Below, piece by piece: positions 1 through 9,713 of a stretch of DNA of 64,000 nucleotides; the stretch's first letter is position 1, and every line of letters begins with the position of its first letter. The DNA comes from Pseudomonadota bacterium (GTDB lineage: Bacteria > Pseudomonadota > Gammaproteobacteria > Burkholderiales > SG8-39): assembly GCA_021811085.1 (NCBI GenBank), contig JAJZPQ010000006.1, positions 4,914 through 68,913 of the forward strand. The letters run 5' to 3'. The notes beneath the pieces are model-generated. The model made no database searches, was not told where the DNA came from, and worked only from the letters and a program-made list of their open reading frames with translations. The position numbers and the translations under genes were made by a program.

Positions 1-412
1 GGCACTTGCGTGCGATCATGCTGCGCCCGACGGCCTGGGCGACGAAAAACGCCCCCTTGCAATTGGTGTCGGTGACGTAATCGTAGTCGGCTTCCTCGAC
101 CTCGGTCGCGCGCTGCTGCTTGCTCACCCCCGAATTGTTGAGCAGGATGTCGATGCCGCCCAGCGCGGACTCGGCGGCGGCCACGGCGCCGCGCACGCTC
201 GCGATGTCGGTCACGTCCATGTTCACAGCCCAGGCTTTGCCGCCGGCTTCCTCGATCTCGCGTTTGAGCTGCTCCAGCTTGTCCGTACTGCGCGCCGCCA
301 AAGCGACGCCGGCGCCGGCTGCGGCGAGAACCTGGGCGAAGCGCCAGCCGAGGCCGCTCGAAGCGCCGGTGACCAGCGCGGTCTTCCCGTCCAGCCGTAT
401 GCCTTGCTGCAT
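1..412 (-). CDS. short-chain dehydrogenase/reductase (SDR), 3' end outside the window
   Basis: My translation of the minus strand from the ATG at 412 gives MQQGIRLDGKTALVTGASSGLG...LLNNSG. The TGxxxGxG Rossmann motif and the NNxG motif are both present. The gene is absent from the ORF track because it runs off the window edge. Confidence 0.8.
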   Translation of the reverse strand, partial: MQQGIRLDGKTALVTGASSGLGWRFAQVLAAAGAGVALAARSTDKLEQLKREIEEAGGKAWAVNMDVTDIASVRGAVAAAESALGGIDILLNNSGVSKQQRATEVEEADYDYVTDTNCKGAFFVAQAVGRSMIARKC

Positions 413-512
413 GTGCTTTCCTTTCTACTATGACGATGGACAATTCCCGCGCCACGGTAGCGCGTTCTTGCGGCGACGGCAAGCTGGTAGACTTGCGCCG
501 AACACATCACCC

Positions 513-1712
513 ATGCGAGAGGACAGCGTGACCTGGCAACCGGAGATAGACGAGCTGCGCAAGCGCGAAGAACTGGGGCGCAGGATGGGCGGGCCGGAGA
601 AAATCCAGCGCCAGCATGCCGGCGGCAAGCTGACGGTGCGCGAGCGCGTCGCCGGCCTGCTCGACGCGGGTTCGTTTCACGAGATCGGCGCCATCGCAGG
701 CAAGGCGCGTTACAACGACGCGGGCGAGCTCATCGACATGGTGCCGACGAACCTGGTCATGGGCCGCGGCCGCATAGACGGGCGGCCGGTGGTGATAGCC
801 GGCGACGATTTCACCGTGCGCGGCGGCGCCAACGACGGCGGTCTGCGCGAGAAACTCGAGCGCGTCGAGATGATGGCCTACGAGCTGCGCCTGCCCATGC
901 TGCGTCTGGTCGACGGCACCGGCGGCGGAGGCTCGGTAAAGAATATCGAGCAGGATGGCAGGACCCAGATTCCGACGATCGCAATCTGGGAGCAGGTGGT
1001 GAAGAACATGTCGGTGGTGCCGGTGGTGTCGCTCGCGCTGGGGTCGGTCGCTGGGCTGGGCTCGGCGCGGGTGGCGGCGAGCCACTACTCGGTCATGGTG
1101 AAAGATACTTCGCAGCTGTTCGTCGCCGGCCCGCCGGTGGTGGCGCGGGTGGAGAAGAGCCACGAAAAGAACGAACTCGGCGGCAGCGCGATCCATACGC
1201 GCAATGGTGCGGTCGACGATGAGGCGCCGAGCGAGTCCGAAGCGTTCGCGCGCGCGCGGCGCTTCCTGTCCTATTTGCCGAGTTCGGTGTACGAGCTGCC
1301 GCCGCGCACGGCCTGCGACGACGACCCGGGGCGCAGCGACCCCTGGCTGATCGAGGCCGTGCCCAAGGATGCGCGCAAGGTATTCGGCGTGGCCGGCGCT
1401 GCGCACCAGAATTCGGGGCGCTACAACCTGCGCTATGTCTGGCCCTCGGGCGAGTGGGGTTCGCTGCCGATCGCAGGCGGCCTGGAAGCCGCTTACAGAG
1501 CCGATATTGAGGCTGCGCCCGATCCGGCGGCAAGAATGGCCGAGATCGAAAAGCGCCTGAAGGCGCTGACTTCGCCGTTTCGCAGCGCGGAGTCCTTCAT
1601 TGTCGAGGAAATCATCGATCCGCGCGACACGCGGCGACTGTTGTGCGAATTTGCCGATCTCGCGGCGCCGCTGCGCACGCCGGGCCGGACGGCGTTTGGG
1701 ATTCGGCCTTAA
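513..1712 (+). CDS. acyl-CoA carboxylase carboxyltransferase (12S/PccB-type) subunit with an internal in-frame deletion; possibly non-functional
   Basis: MREDSVTWQPEIDELRKREE... aligns end to end with the 520-aa paralog at 43189..44751. About 120 aa are missing between ...VPKDARKVF and GVAGAA..WPSGEWGSLP. The track ORF starts at 120, but that upstream part overlaps the SDR in antisense. Confidence 0.75.
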   Translation: MREDSVTWQPEIDELRKREELGRRMGGPEKIQRQHAGGKLTVRERVAGLLDAGSFHEIGAIAGKARYNDAGELIDMVPTNLVMGRGRIDGRPVVIAGDDFTVRGGANDGGLREKLERVEMMAYELRLPMLRLVDGTGGGGSVKNIEQDGRTQIPTIAIWEQVVKNMSVVPVVSLALGSVAGLGSARVAASHYSVMVKDTSQLFVAGPPVVARVEKSHEKNELGGSAIHTRNGAVDDEAPSESEAFARARRFLSYLPSSVYELPPRTACDDDPGRSDPWLIEAVPKDARKVFGVAGAAHQNSGRYNLRYVWPSGEWGSLPIAGGLEAAYRADIEAAPDPAARMAEIEKRLKALTSPFRSAESFIVEEIIDPRDTRRLLCEFADLAAPLRTPGRTAFGIRP

Positions 1713-2024
1713 CCGGTCCGCCAGCGGGGACATCCGGATAATCCTGGGCACCTCAAATACCGTCGCATGCGACGAAAACCCTTGCGCGCTGTGCGCGCCA
1801 ACCGTGTTTTCCGCACGGATAACAAGCGCATCCGTACAGAATACACGGTTATGGTTAACACCAAACAGGGTATCGGGTTTTATACATGGTCGCCGATTGC
1901 GTGTGGACGGCTTCTCGTCCGTACGCAATCGGCGATCCGCGCGGACGGGCCGCCGTCGGCGCAAGCTCTAGCGGTTGCTTTTCCTCCGCGCAACATCGTT
2001 TTTCACATATGCTAAAATCTTTTC

Positions 2025-2759
2025 ATGAATGTGAAAACTGCCGGCCGTACGCTGGACCTGTTCGAAGCGTTCGCGCGCGAAGGCAAGCCGCTGTCGCTGT
2101 CGCAGCTGGCGCGCGCGATCGATGCGCCGGTGTCTTCCTGCTTCGGCATCGTGCGCACGCTGGAGGCGCGCGGCTATCTGTACGAGGTCAAGGCGCGCGC
2201 CGGCTTTTATCCGACCAAGCTCTTGTTCGAACACGCGCGCGCGATCGCGAGCCGCGATCCTCTGGCCGAGCGCTTCGTGCCCCTGCTGGAAAAGCTGCGC
2301 GACCAGACCGGCGAGACGGTGCTGCTATCCAAGCGCGTCGACCGGCAGGCGGTCTATCTGGCGGTGCTCGATGGCCTGCACAGCATCCGCTACAGTCCGA
2401 AAGTGGGCGAATTCAGGCCGCTGCACGCGAGCGCAAGCGGCAAGGCGCTTTTGGGCAGCCTTGCGCCGGCGCTGCGCAATGAACTGCTCGAGGGCATGAA
2501 GCTGCCGCGTGTGACTTCGCGCACGATTACTTCGCGCGCGGCTCTGGAAGCCGATCTGGAGCAGGGACGCGCGCGCGGCTGGTACGTGACGCACGGCGAG
2601 ACCGTCGCCGATCTGATGGCAGTGGCGGTGCCGGTGGCGGCCAGCGGCGAAATCTACAGCGTCGCACTGGCCGGTCCGATGCAGCGCATGGAAGGCGCGC
2701 TCAAGCGCCACGCGAAACTGCTCGCCGAGTTGCGTGCCATTTTGGAAGATCACGCATGA
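2025..2759 (+). CDS. IclR family transcriptional regulator
   Basis: N-terminal wHTH (RTLDLFEAFAREGKPLSLSQLARAIDAPVSSCFGIVRTLEARGYL) followed by an IclR-type effector domain. Length is 244 aa. Confidence 0.85.
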   Translation: MNVKTAGRTLDLFEAFAREGKPLSLSQLARAIDAPVSSCFGIVRTLEARGYLYEVKARAGFYPTKLLFEHARAIASRDPLAERFVPLLEKLRDQTGETVLLSKRVDRQAVYLAVLDGLHSIRYSPKVGEFRPLHASASGKALLGSLAPALRNELLEGMKLPRVTSRTITSRAALEADLEQGRARGWYVTHGETVADLMAVAVPVAASGEIYSVALAGPMQRMEGALKRHAKLLAELRAILEDHA

Positions 2760-3901
2760 GTTGGCTGCCGCTATCCGGCCTCAAGGTCGCGGATTTTTCC
2801 GCGTTGATACCCGGGCCGTTCACCACCGCGATCCTCGCCGATCTGGGCGCGGACGTAATCAAAGTCGAACCGCCGCGGGGCGACTCGGGCAGGAGCCTGT
2901 TGCCCGCGGTGTTTCATGCGATCAACCGCAACAAGCGCTCGATTGCGCTCGACCTCAAGCATGCGGCGGCGAAACCGGTGATCGAGCGGCTCGCGCGCTG
3001 GGCCGACATCGTGATCGAGTCGAACCGACCGGGCGTAAGCGCGCGCCTGGGTATCGATTACGCCAGCCTGTCGGCGTTGAACCCCGGGCTCATCTATTGC
3101 TCGCTGTCGGGCTTCGGCCAGAACGGTCCCTGGCGCGACAAGCCCGGGCACGACATCGGCTATGTCGGTGCGAGCGGCGGGCTGTCGTACCCGGGTTCGT
3201 GGCTGGGCAAGCCGGCACGCTCGAGCATCCCGATCGCGGACATGCAAGGCGGCAGTTTCGGCACCATCGCGATCCTCGCCGCGCTGCACGAACGCAGCCG
3301 CAGCGGGCGCGGCGCCGAACTCGACTTGAGCCTGTACGAAGCGGGCCTGTTCTGCGCCGCGCTGCGCCACGGCATCGGCGGGCATACCGACCCGCGCGCG
3401 CATATCTGGCCGGTGAACGATCTGTTCGAAACCGCGGACGGCAGCGTGCTGATCCTCGGCATCGTCGAGCAGCATTTCTGGGAAAACTTTCGCGCCGCAG
3501 TGAAAGAGATGGAGCCCGGCGTGATGGACCCGAAATTCGACACCGATCCCAGCCGGCGCAAGCACGGCGACGAGTTGTCGCGCTTGCTGAAGCAGTTGTT
3601 CCTGAAGAAAACCGCGCAGCAATGGCACGATCTGCTGGAACCGCTCGACGTTCCGGCCGAGTTGCCCATGACGCCGGCCGAAGCCTGCAGGACCGAGTAT
3701 GCGGCGGCACGCAAGGACGTGGCCGAAGTCGATGGCGAGCGCCATATTCTGTTTCCGCTGTGGGCCAACGGCGAGCGCGGCGGCGCGCTCAGGCGCGGCA
3801 CGCCCGCGCTCAATGCCGACGGCGCGGCGGTGCTGTGCGAACTCGGTTTCGCGCCGGCCGAGGCCGAGCGCATCCTCGGCTCGGCCGCTGCTGCGAACTG
3901 A
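2756..3901 (+). CDS. CoA-transferase family III (CaiB/BaiF-type)
   Basis: LSGLKVADFSALIPGPFTTAILADLGADVIKVEPPRGD is the typical family III N-terminus. There is a 4-nt overlap with the iclR stop. Confidence 0.85.
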   Translation: MSWLPLSGLKVADFSALIPGPFTTAILADLGADVIKVEPPRGDSGRSLLPAVFHAINRNKRSIALDLKHAAAKPVIERLARWADIVIESNRPGVSARLGIDYASLSALNPGLIYCSLSGFGQNGPWRDKPGHDIGYVGASGGLSYPGSWLGKPARSSIPIADMQGGSFGTIAILAALHERSRSGRGAELDLSLYEAGLFCAALRHGIGGHTDPRAHIWPVNDLFETADGSVLILGIVEQHFWENFRAAVKEMEPGVMDPKFDTDPSRRKHGDELSRLLKQLFLKKTAQQWHDLLEPLDVPAELPMTPAEACRTEYAAARKDVAEVDGERHILFPLWANGERGGALRRGTPALNADGAAVLCELGFAPAEAERILGSAAAAN

Positions 3902-3903
3902 AT

Positions 3904-5070
3904 ATGGAATTTGCACTGTCCGCGGAGCAGCAGGCGATACGCGAGGCGATCGCGAGAATCTGCGCGCAATTCGACGCCGATTACTGGCTGGCGAAAGACC
4001 GCGCCGGCGAATTCCCGCATGAACTGCATCAGGCACTGGCGCGCGACGGCTGGCTCGGCATCGCGATGCCGGAGGCCTACGGCGGGGCCGGCCTGGGGAT
4101 CACCGAAGCGGCGGTGATGCTGCAGACCATCGCCGAGTCGGGTGCAGGTTTCTCGGGCGCTTCGGCCGTGCACATGAACATCTTCGGCCTGAATCCGGTG
4201 GTGGTGTTCGGCACCGACGCGCAGAAGCGGCGCATGCTGCCGCCGCTGATCGCCGGACGCGAAAAAGCCTGTTTCGCCGTGACCGAGCCCAATACCGGCC
4301 TCAATACGACGCGGCTCAAGACGCGCGCCGTGCGCGCAGGCGGTCGCTATATCCTGTCCGGGCAGAAGGTGTGGATTTCCACGGCCCAGGTGGCCGAGAA
4401 AATGCTGGTCCTCGCACGCACCACGCCGATCGAGGAGTGCCGCAAACCTGCCGACGGCTTGACGCTGTTCTATACCGACCTCGACCGGCGCTATGTCGAA
4501 GTGCAGGAGATCGACAAGATGGGCCGCGCCGCGGTCGATACCAACCAGGTGTTCATCGACGGGCTGCCGGTGCCGGCCGAAGACCGCCTGGGTGAGGAGG
4601 GCAAGGGCTTCGACTGCATCCTGCACGGCATGAACCCGGAGCGCATTTTGATCGCGGCGGAGTCGGTCGGCCTGGGACGCGCGGCGCTGGCGCGCGCGAC
4701 GCAGTATGCGAAGGAGCGCGTCGTGTTCGATCGGCCGATCGGCCAGAACCAGGGCATCCAGCATCCGCTCGCGGAGTGCTGGATGGAACTGGAGGCGGCC
4801 AACCTCATGGTGTTCAAGGCGGCGAGCCTGTACGACGGCGGCCAGCCCTGCGGCGCCGAGGCGAACGCGGCCAAATACCTTGCCGGGGAAGCCTGCTTCA
4901 AAACCTGCCAGCAGGCGTTGATGACCCACGGCGGCTTCGGTTATGCCAAGGAATACCACGTCGAACGTTACCTGCGCGAGAGCCTGATCGGGCGCATCGC
5001 GCCGATCACCCCGCAGCTGATCCTGTGCTTCATCGCCGAGAAGGTTCTCGGTCTGCCTAAATCGTATTGA
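3904..5070 (+). CDS. acyl-CoA dehydrogenase
   Basis: MEFALSAEQQAIREAIARICAQF...GWLGIAMPEAYGGAGLG...VTEPNTGLNT, ending with an ACAD C-terminal helical domain. The true ATG at 3904 is in frame inside the 778-aa track ORF. Confidence 0.85.
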   Translation: MEFALSAEQQAIREAIARICAQFDADYWLAKDRAGEFPHELHQALARDGWLGIAMPEAYGGAGLGITEAAVMLQTIAESGAGFSGASAVHMNIFGLNPVVVFGTDAQKRRMLPPLIAGREKACFAVTEPNTGLNTTRLKTRAVRAGGRYILSGQKVWISTAQVAEKMLVLARTTPIEECRKPADGLTLFYTDLDRRYVEVQEIDKMGRAAVDTNQVFIDGLPVPAEDRLGEEGKGFDCILHGMNPERILIAAESVGLGRAALARATQYAKERVVFDRPIGQNQGIQHPLAECWMELEAANLMVFKAASLYDGGQPCGAEANAAKYLAGEACFKTCQQALMTHGGFGYAKEYHVERYLRESLIGRIAPITPQLILCFIAEKVLGLPKSY

Positions 5071-5150
5071 AGTGTCGCGAGGCAATCGGTACGGCTGGAC
5101 GATGAATGGTTGCTTGACGCGATTGGGCGTCGTTTGCTTGTTCGCGCCTC

Positions 5151-6410
5151 GTGGGGATTGATTTGCCAAGAATACCGACGCACACGCGCACCGCACTCAC
5201 TGTGCTAGGCATTTGCGTGGTGTTGAACATGATCGGGCGCGGCACCGCCGACACCTACGTCGTGTTCCTGCTGCCGCTGGAGCGCGATCTGAGCTGGACC
5301 CGTTCGCAGACGACCAGCGTGTATTCGATTTACCTGCTGGTCACCGGCCTGAGTTCACCCATCGTCGGCATGCTGTTCGACCGCTTCGGGCCGCGTGCGC
5401 TCTATACCTGCGGCATGACCTCGCTCGCCTGCGCCTATCTGCTCGCGCCGCAGGTGCACACGCTGTGGCAGTTCTATGCCACCGTCGGCGTGATGACGGG
5501 CATCGCCGCCGCCTCTCTGGGCATGGTGCCTTCGTCCAGCCTGATCAGCCGCTGGTTCCGCGAGCGCCTGGGCACGGCGATTTCGGCGGCTTTCGCCGGC
5601 CTCGGACTGGGGGCGCTGTTCATCGTGCCGGGCGTGCAGTACCTGCTGCAGACCCATGGCTGGCGCGAGAGCTACCAGATCATGGGCGGCGTACTGCTCG
5701 CCTTTGTGCCGCTGGTGTTCTTCCTGCCGTGGAGACGCTTCGCCGAAGGCCATCCGGAATACGACCAGCTGAAGCGCAGCAGCGTCGCGCCCGAGCACGA
5801 ATGGACCGTGCGCACGGCGATGAGAACGCGCATGTTCTGGGGCCTGGTCTGGGTATTCTTTTTCACTTCGGTCGGCATGTATACGATCATGGTGCAGACC
5901 GTGGCCTATCTGGTGGAGCAGGGTTTCTCCCCCATCGTCGCTGCCACCGCGTTCGGCACTTCGTCGATGCTGTCGGTGGTCGGCGTGCTCAGCACTGGGG
6001 CCATCGCCGATCGCATCGGCCCGCGCCGCATCGTCAGCCTGACTTTCGTTGGCAGCATCGTCGGCGTGACCCTGCTGCTGCTCATGACCTGGTTCCCGCT
6101 GCGCGGCCTGCTTATCGCCTACGTGCTTGCGTTCGGCATCTGCCAGGGTGCGCGCGGCCCGATCGTGTCCTCGATCAGCACGCGCCTGTTCGCCGGAAAA
6201 AACGTCGCCGCCATTTACGGCATCATTTTCGCGAGCAATGCGGTAGGGGCGGGCCTGGGCTCGCTGATGGCCGGGCTGCTGCACGATTTTTCCGGCAGCT
6301 ATCGGCCGAGTTTCGTGTTTTCGGTGTGCGCGCTGTTTATCGCCGGACTGCCGTTCTGGCGCGTACCGGAGTTGCGCGATTTCCGCATGCGCCACGGAAG
6401 CCGTCCTTAG
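5151..6410 (+). CDS. MFS transporter
   Basis: 419 aa with about 12 hydrophobic segments. An MFS loop motif (FDRFGPR) follows TM2. The start codon is uncertain. Confidence 0.75.
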   Translation: MGIDLPRIPTHTRTALTVLGICVVLNMIGRGTADTYVVFLLPLERDLSWTRSQTTSVYSIYLLVTGLSSPIVGMLFDRFGPRALYTCGMTSLACAYLLAPQVHTLWQFYATVGVMTGIAAASLGMVPSSSLISRWFRERLGTAISAAFAGLGLGALFIVPGVQYLLQTHGWRESYQIMGGVLLAFVPLVFFLPWRRFAEGHPEYDQLKRSSVAPEHEWTVRTAMRTRMFWGLVWVFFFTSVGMYTIMVQTVAYLVEQGFSPIVAATAFGTSSMLSVVGVLSTGAIADRIGPRRIVSLTFVGSIVGVTLLLLMTWFPLRGLLIAYVLAFGICQGARGPIVSSISTRLFAGKNVAAIYGIIFASNAVGAGLGSLMAGLLHDFSGSYRPSFVFSVCALFIAGLPFWRVPELRDFRMRHGSRP

Positions 6411-6483
6411 CGCCGGGGCGTAGGCGGGCGGTTTGCGCTAAGATTCGCAGCAGTTCGCAAAGATCAAGAAAGCGGGGACAGCG

Positions 6484-7962
6484 ATGCAGAAATTGAGAAT
6501 GTACATAGGGGGCAAATTCGCAGATTCGGCCTCGGGCAAGTGGTTCGACAGCTACAACCCCTACAGCGGCGAACCCTGGGCGCAGATCGCGCAGGGCAAC
6601 GCGCAGGACGTGGACCGCGCCGTGCGCGCGGCGCAGCAGGCGTTCACGACCGGGCCGTGGCCGCAGTTCAACGCGAGCCAGCGCGGCATGCTGCTGCACA
6701 AGCTGGGCGAGCTGGTGGCGCGCGATGCGAACAAGCTGGCCGAAATCGAAGTGCGCGATAACGGCAAGCTGATCGCGGAGATGCAGGGCCAGCTCAACTA
6801 TATTCCGCAGTGGTACTACTACTTCGGCGGTATGGCGGACAAGATCCAGGGTGCGGTGATTCCGCTGGACAAGAAGGGGTTTTTCAATTTCACGCGCTAC
6901 GAGCCGCTCGGCGTGGTGGCCGCGATCACGCCCTGGAATTCACCCTTGCTGCTGACCGCGTGGAAACTCGCGCCGGCGCTGGCCGCCGGCAATACCGTGG
7001 TGATCAAACCATCCGAATTCACGTCGGCGTCGACGCTGGAATTCGTGAAGCTGTTCGAGGAAGCCGGATTTCCGCCCGGGGTGGTCAATGTCGTCACCGG
7101 CTTCGGCAAGGACGTGGGCATGCCGCTGGTCGAACACCCGCTGGTCAAAAAAATCGCGTTCACCGGTTCGGATGCGACCGGCCGCGTGATCAACGAGGCT
7201 GCGGCGCGGATGTTCAAGCGCGTGAGCCTGGAACTGGGCGGCAAGTCGCCGAACATCGTGTTTGCCGACGCGAATATCGAGGACGCCGTCAACGGGGCGG
7301 TGTCCGGCATATTTGCGGCCACCGGCCAGACTTGCATTGCCGGTTCGCGCCTGCTGCTGCAGGAGAGCATCCACGACGTCTTCATGGAGAAGCTGCTGGC
7401 CTTGGCGCAGACCGCGCGCATGGGCGACCCGATGAGCCTGGACACACAGGTTGGCCCGGTGACCACGCGGCCGCAGTACGAAAAAGTGCTGGGCTATATC
7501 GACATCGCGAAACAGGAAGGCGCGCAACTGCTGCTCGGGGGCGGGGCTGCCACGCGCCCCGAATGCGGCAAGGGCTGGTTCGTCGAGCCGACCGTGTTCG
7601 CCGGCGTGAACAACAAGATGCGCATTGCGCAGGAAGAGGTGTTCGGTCCGGTGTTGTCGGTGATCAAGTTCAAGGATGAAGCCGAGGCGCTGGAAATCGC
7701 CAACGACGTGCGCTTCGGCCTGGGCTCGGGGGTTTGGACCAGCGACATCGGCCGCGCCATCCGCATGTCCGAGCGCATCCAGGCCGGCACGGTCTGGGTC
7801 AATACCTACCGCGCAGTGAGCTACCTCTCGCCGTTCGGCGGCTACAAGGATTCCGGTCTCGGGCGCGAGAACGGCATGGACGCGGTGCGCGAATACCTGC
7901 AGCTCAAGAGCGTCTGGATCAACACCGGCGCGGTTACCGGCAATCCGTTCGTCATGCGCTGA
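6484..7962 (+). CDS. NAD(P)-dependent aldehyde dehydrogenase
   Basis: 492 aa with the ALDH signatures ELGGKSP and FAATGQTCIAGSR (catalytic Cys), plus EEVFGPV. Confidence 0.9.
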   Translation: MQKLRMYIGGKFADSASGKWFDSYNPYSGEPWAQIAQGNAQDVDRAVRAAQQAFTTGPWPQFNASQRGMLLHKLGELVARDANKLAEIEVRDNGKLIAEMQGQLNYIPQWYYYFGGMADKIQGAVIPLDKKGFFNFTRYEPLGVVAAITPWNSPLLLTAWKLAPALAAGNTVVIKPSEFTSASTLEFVKLFEEAGFPPGVVNVVTGFGKDVGMPLVEHPLVKKIAFTGSDATGRVINEAAARMFKRVSLELGGKSPNIVFADANIEDAVNGAVSGIFAATGQTCIAGSRLLLQESIHDVFMEKLLALAQTARMGDPMSLDTQVGPVTTRPQYEKVLGYIDIAKQEGAQLLLGGGAATRPECGKGWFVEPTVFAGVNNKMRIAQEEVFGPVLSVIKFKDEAEALEIANDVRFGLGSGVWTSDIGRAIRMSERIQAGTVWVNTYRAVSYLSPFGGYKDSGLGRENGMDAVREYLQLKSVWINTGAVTGNPFVMR

Positions 7963-8051
7963 AGCGCGCCATGCGGAGTCAAAATGCATAAGCAGGAAAA
8001 CAATTTGGCCGCCGAGGCAAAGCGAAACGCGGCGCCGCGGCGGGTGGGGGC

Positions 8052-9713
8052 ATGAACCAGGTTCTGGTCCCGCGTCCGGCCGCGACCCTGATTCTGGTGC
8101 GTGATGCGAGCGACGGCATGGAGGTGTTCATGATCCGGCGCACGCAATCGGCCGCATTCATGGGCGGGGCCCACGTGTTTCCGGGAGGAGGCGTCGATGC
8201 AAGCGATGCCTCGGCCGAGTTGGCGGCGCATTGCGAGGGTCTGGACGACGCCGAGGCGAGCCGCCTGCTCGGCGTGGAGCGCGGCGGCCTGGCCTATTGG
8301 ACTGCCGCCGTACGCGAGTGCTTCGAGGAGGCCGGCTTGCTGCTCGCGCACGACGCCGAGGGCCGCTATGCCGACCTGAACGATGAACAGCATGTCAGCG
8401 TCTATGCCGAATGGCGCGAATCCGTGCGCGCCGGGCGGGCGACGCTGGCCGACCTGTGCCGCGAGCGCGGCCTGCGCCTCGCGGCGGGACGGCTCGCCTA
8501 TTACAGCCACTGGATCACCCAGCCCGGGCGGCCGCGGCGCTACGACACGCGGTTTTTCGTGGCCGAGGCGCCGGCGGCGCAAACCGCTTCGCACGACAAC
8601 AGCGAGACCGTAGATCACCTGTGGGTCCGGCCCGGCGAAGCGCTGGAGCGGCATCGGCGCGGGGAAATGCAGCTCGTGTTTCCCACCATCAAGACGCTGG
8701 AGAGCATCGCCGGCTTCGATGCCGCGGCGGCGTTGCTGGCGTACGCGCGTTCGCCGCGCAAAATGCCGACCATGGCGCCGCGCACCGCGAGCAGCCGCGA
8801 AGGCAGCAAGCTGCTGGTGCCCGGCGACTACGCCTACGCCGAGGTCGGGCGGCTCGATCCCGAGAGCAGCGGCAGCGCATCCTGCGAAATCGTTCCCGGC
8901 AACGTAGTGCAGCTCTCGCCCAAGCTGCGGCGCATTACCGCGCCCAATCCGGGCTTCATGACCGGCCCGGGCACCAATACTTACCTTCTCGGTGCGGGCG
9001 CGGACGTCGCGGTGATCGACCCCGGTCCGGCTATCGACGCACATGTCGCGGCGGTGCTGGCGGCGGCCGGCGGGCGTATACGCTGGATCCTCGTCACGCA
9101 TACGCATCTGGACCATTCACCCGCGGCCGCGCTGCTCAAGGCGAGAACCGGGGCCGAGCTCCTGGGCATGCCCCCGCCGCCGTTCGAGCGCCAGGACCAG
9201 AGTTTTCGCCCGGATCGGGTGCTTACCCACGGCGAGCGCATCGAGGTCGCGGGTTGCAGGCTGCGCGTGATCCATGCGCCGGGGCACGCGTCGAACCAGC
9301 TGTGCTATCTGCTCGAAGAAGAGAAATTATTGTTTACCGGCGACCACGTCATGCAAGGTTCGACCGTGGTCATCAATCCGCCCGACGGCGATATGCGCGT
9401 CTATCTCGACTCCCTGCGCCAGCTGCAAAGCGAAGACCTGGCCTGGTTTGCGCCGGGACATGGATTTCTCATGGACAAGCCACAGGAAGCGCTGGAGCGC
9501 CTGCTGATCCATCGGCTCACGCGCGAAAACAAGGTGCTGAACGCGGTGCGCGTGGGCCGCGCAGCCACGCTGGAACAACTGCTGCCGGCAGTCTACGACG
9601 ATGTGTCGCCGCGCCTGTACCCGGTGGCGAGCCGCTCCCTGCTGGCGCATCTGCTCAAACTGAGGGACGAGGGCAGGGTGCGCGAAGCGCAGGGAAGCTG
9701 GAGCCCGGCATGA
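8052..9713 (+). CDS. Nudix hydrolase / MBL-fold metallo-hydrolase fusion protein
   Basis: The N-terminal half has a Nudix box (...AVRECFEEAGLLL). The C-terminal half has the HTHLDH (HxHxDH) metallo-beta-lactamase motif. Confidence 0.8.
   Translation: MNQVLVPRPAATLILVRDASDGMEVFMIRRTQSAAFMGGAHVFPGGGVDASDASAELAAHCEGLDDAEASRLLGVERGGLAYWTAAVRECFEEAGLLLAHDAEGRYADLNDEQHVSVYAEWRESVRAGRATLADLCRERGLRLAAGRLAYYSHWITQPGRPRRYDTRFFVAEAPAAQTASHDNSETVDHLWVRPGEALERHRRGEMQLVFPTIKTLESIAGFDAAAALLAYARSPRKMPTMAPRTASSREGSKLLVPGDYAYAEVGRLDPESSGSASCEIVPGNVVQLSPKLRRITAPNPGFMTGPGTNTYLLGAGADVAVIDPGPAIDAHVAAVLAAAGGRIRWILVTHTHLDHSPAAALLKARTGAELLGMPPPPFERQDQSFRPDRVLTHGERIEVAGCRLRVIHAPGHASNQLCYLLEEEKLLFTGDHVMQGSTVVINPPDGDMRVYLDSLRQLQSEDLAWFAPGHGFLMDKPQEALERLLIHRLTRENKVLNAVRVGRAATLEQLLPAVYDDVSPRLYPVASRSLLAHLLKLRDEGRVREAQGSWSPA

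Noticed and set aside
120-512. N-terminal 131 aa of the 530-aa track ORF 120..1712
   Set aside because: This part is low-complexity and Ala/Ser/Pro-rich, and it is antisense to the clearly real SDR gene (1..412, minus strand). Homology to the paralog at 43189 begins at the ATG at 513.
2734-3903. The 778-aa ORF 2734..5070 read as a single fusion protein
   Set aside because: The first 390 aa are Arg/Ala-rich out-of-frame read-through over the CaiB gene. The acyl-CoA dehydrogenase homology begins at MEFALSAEQQ (3904).
8411-9709. The 706-aa ORF 8411..10531
   Set aside because: The N-terminal 433 aa are an out-of-frame overlap of the Nudix-MBL gene. FNR homology starts at the ATG at 9710.
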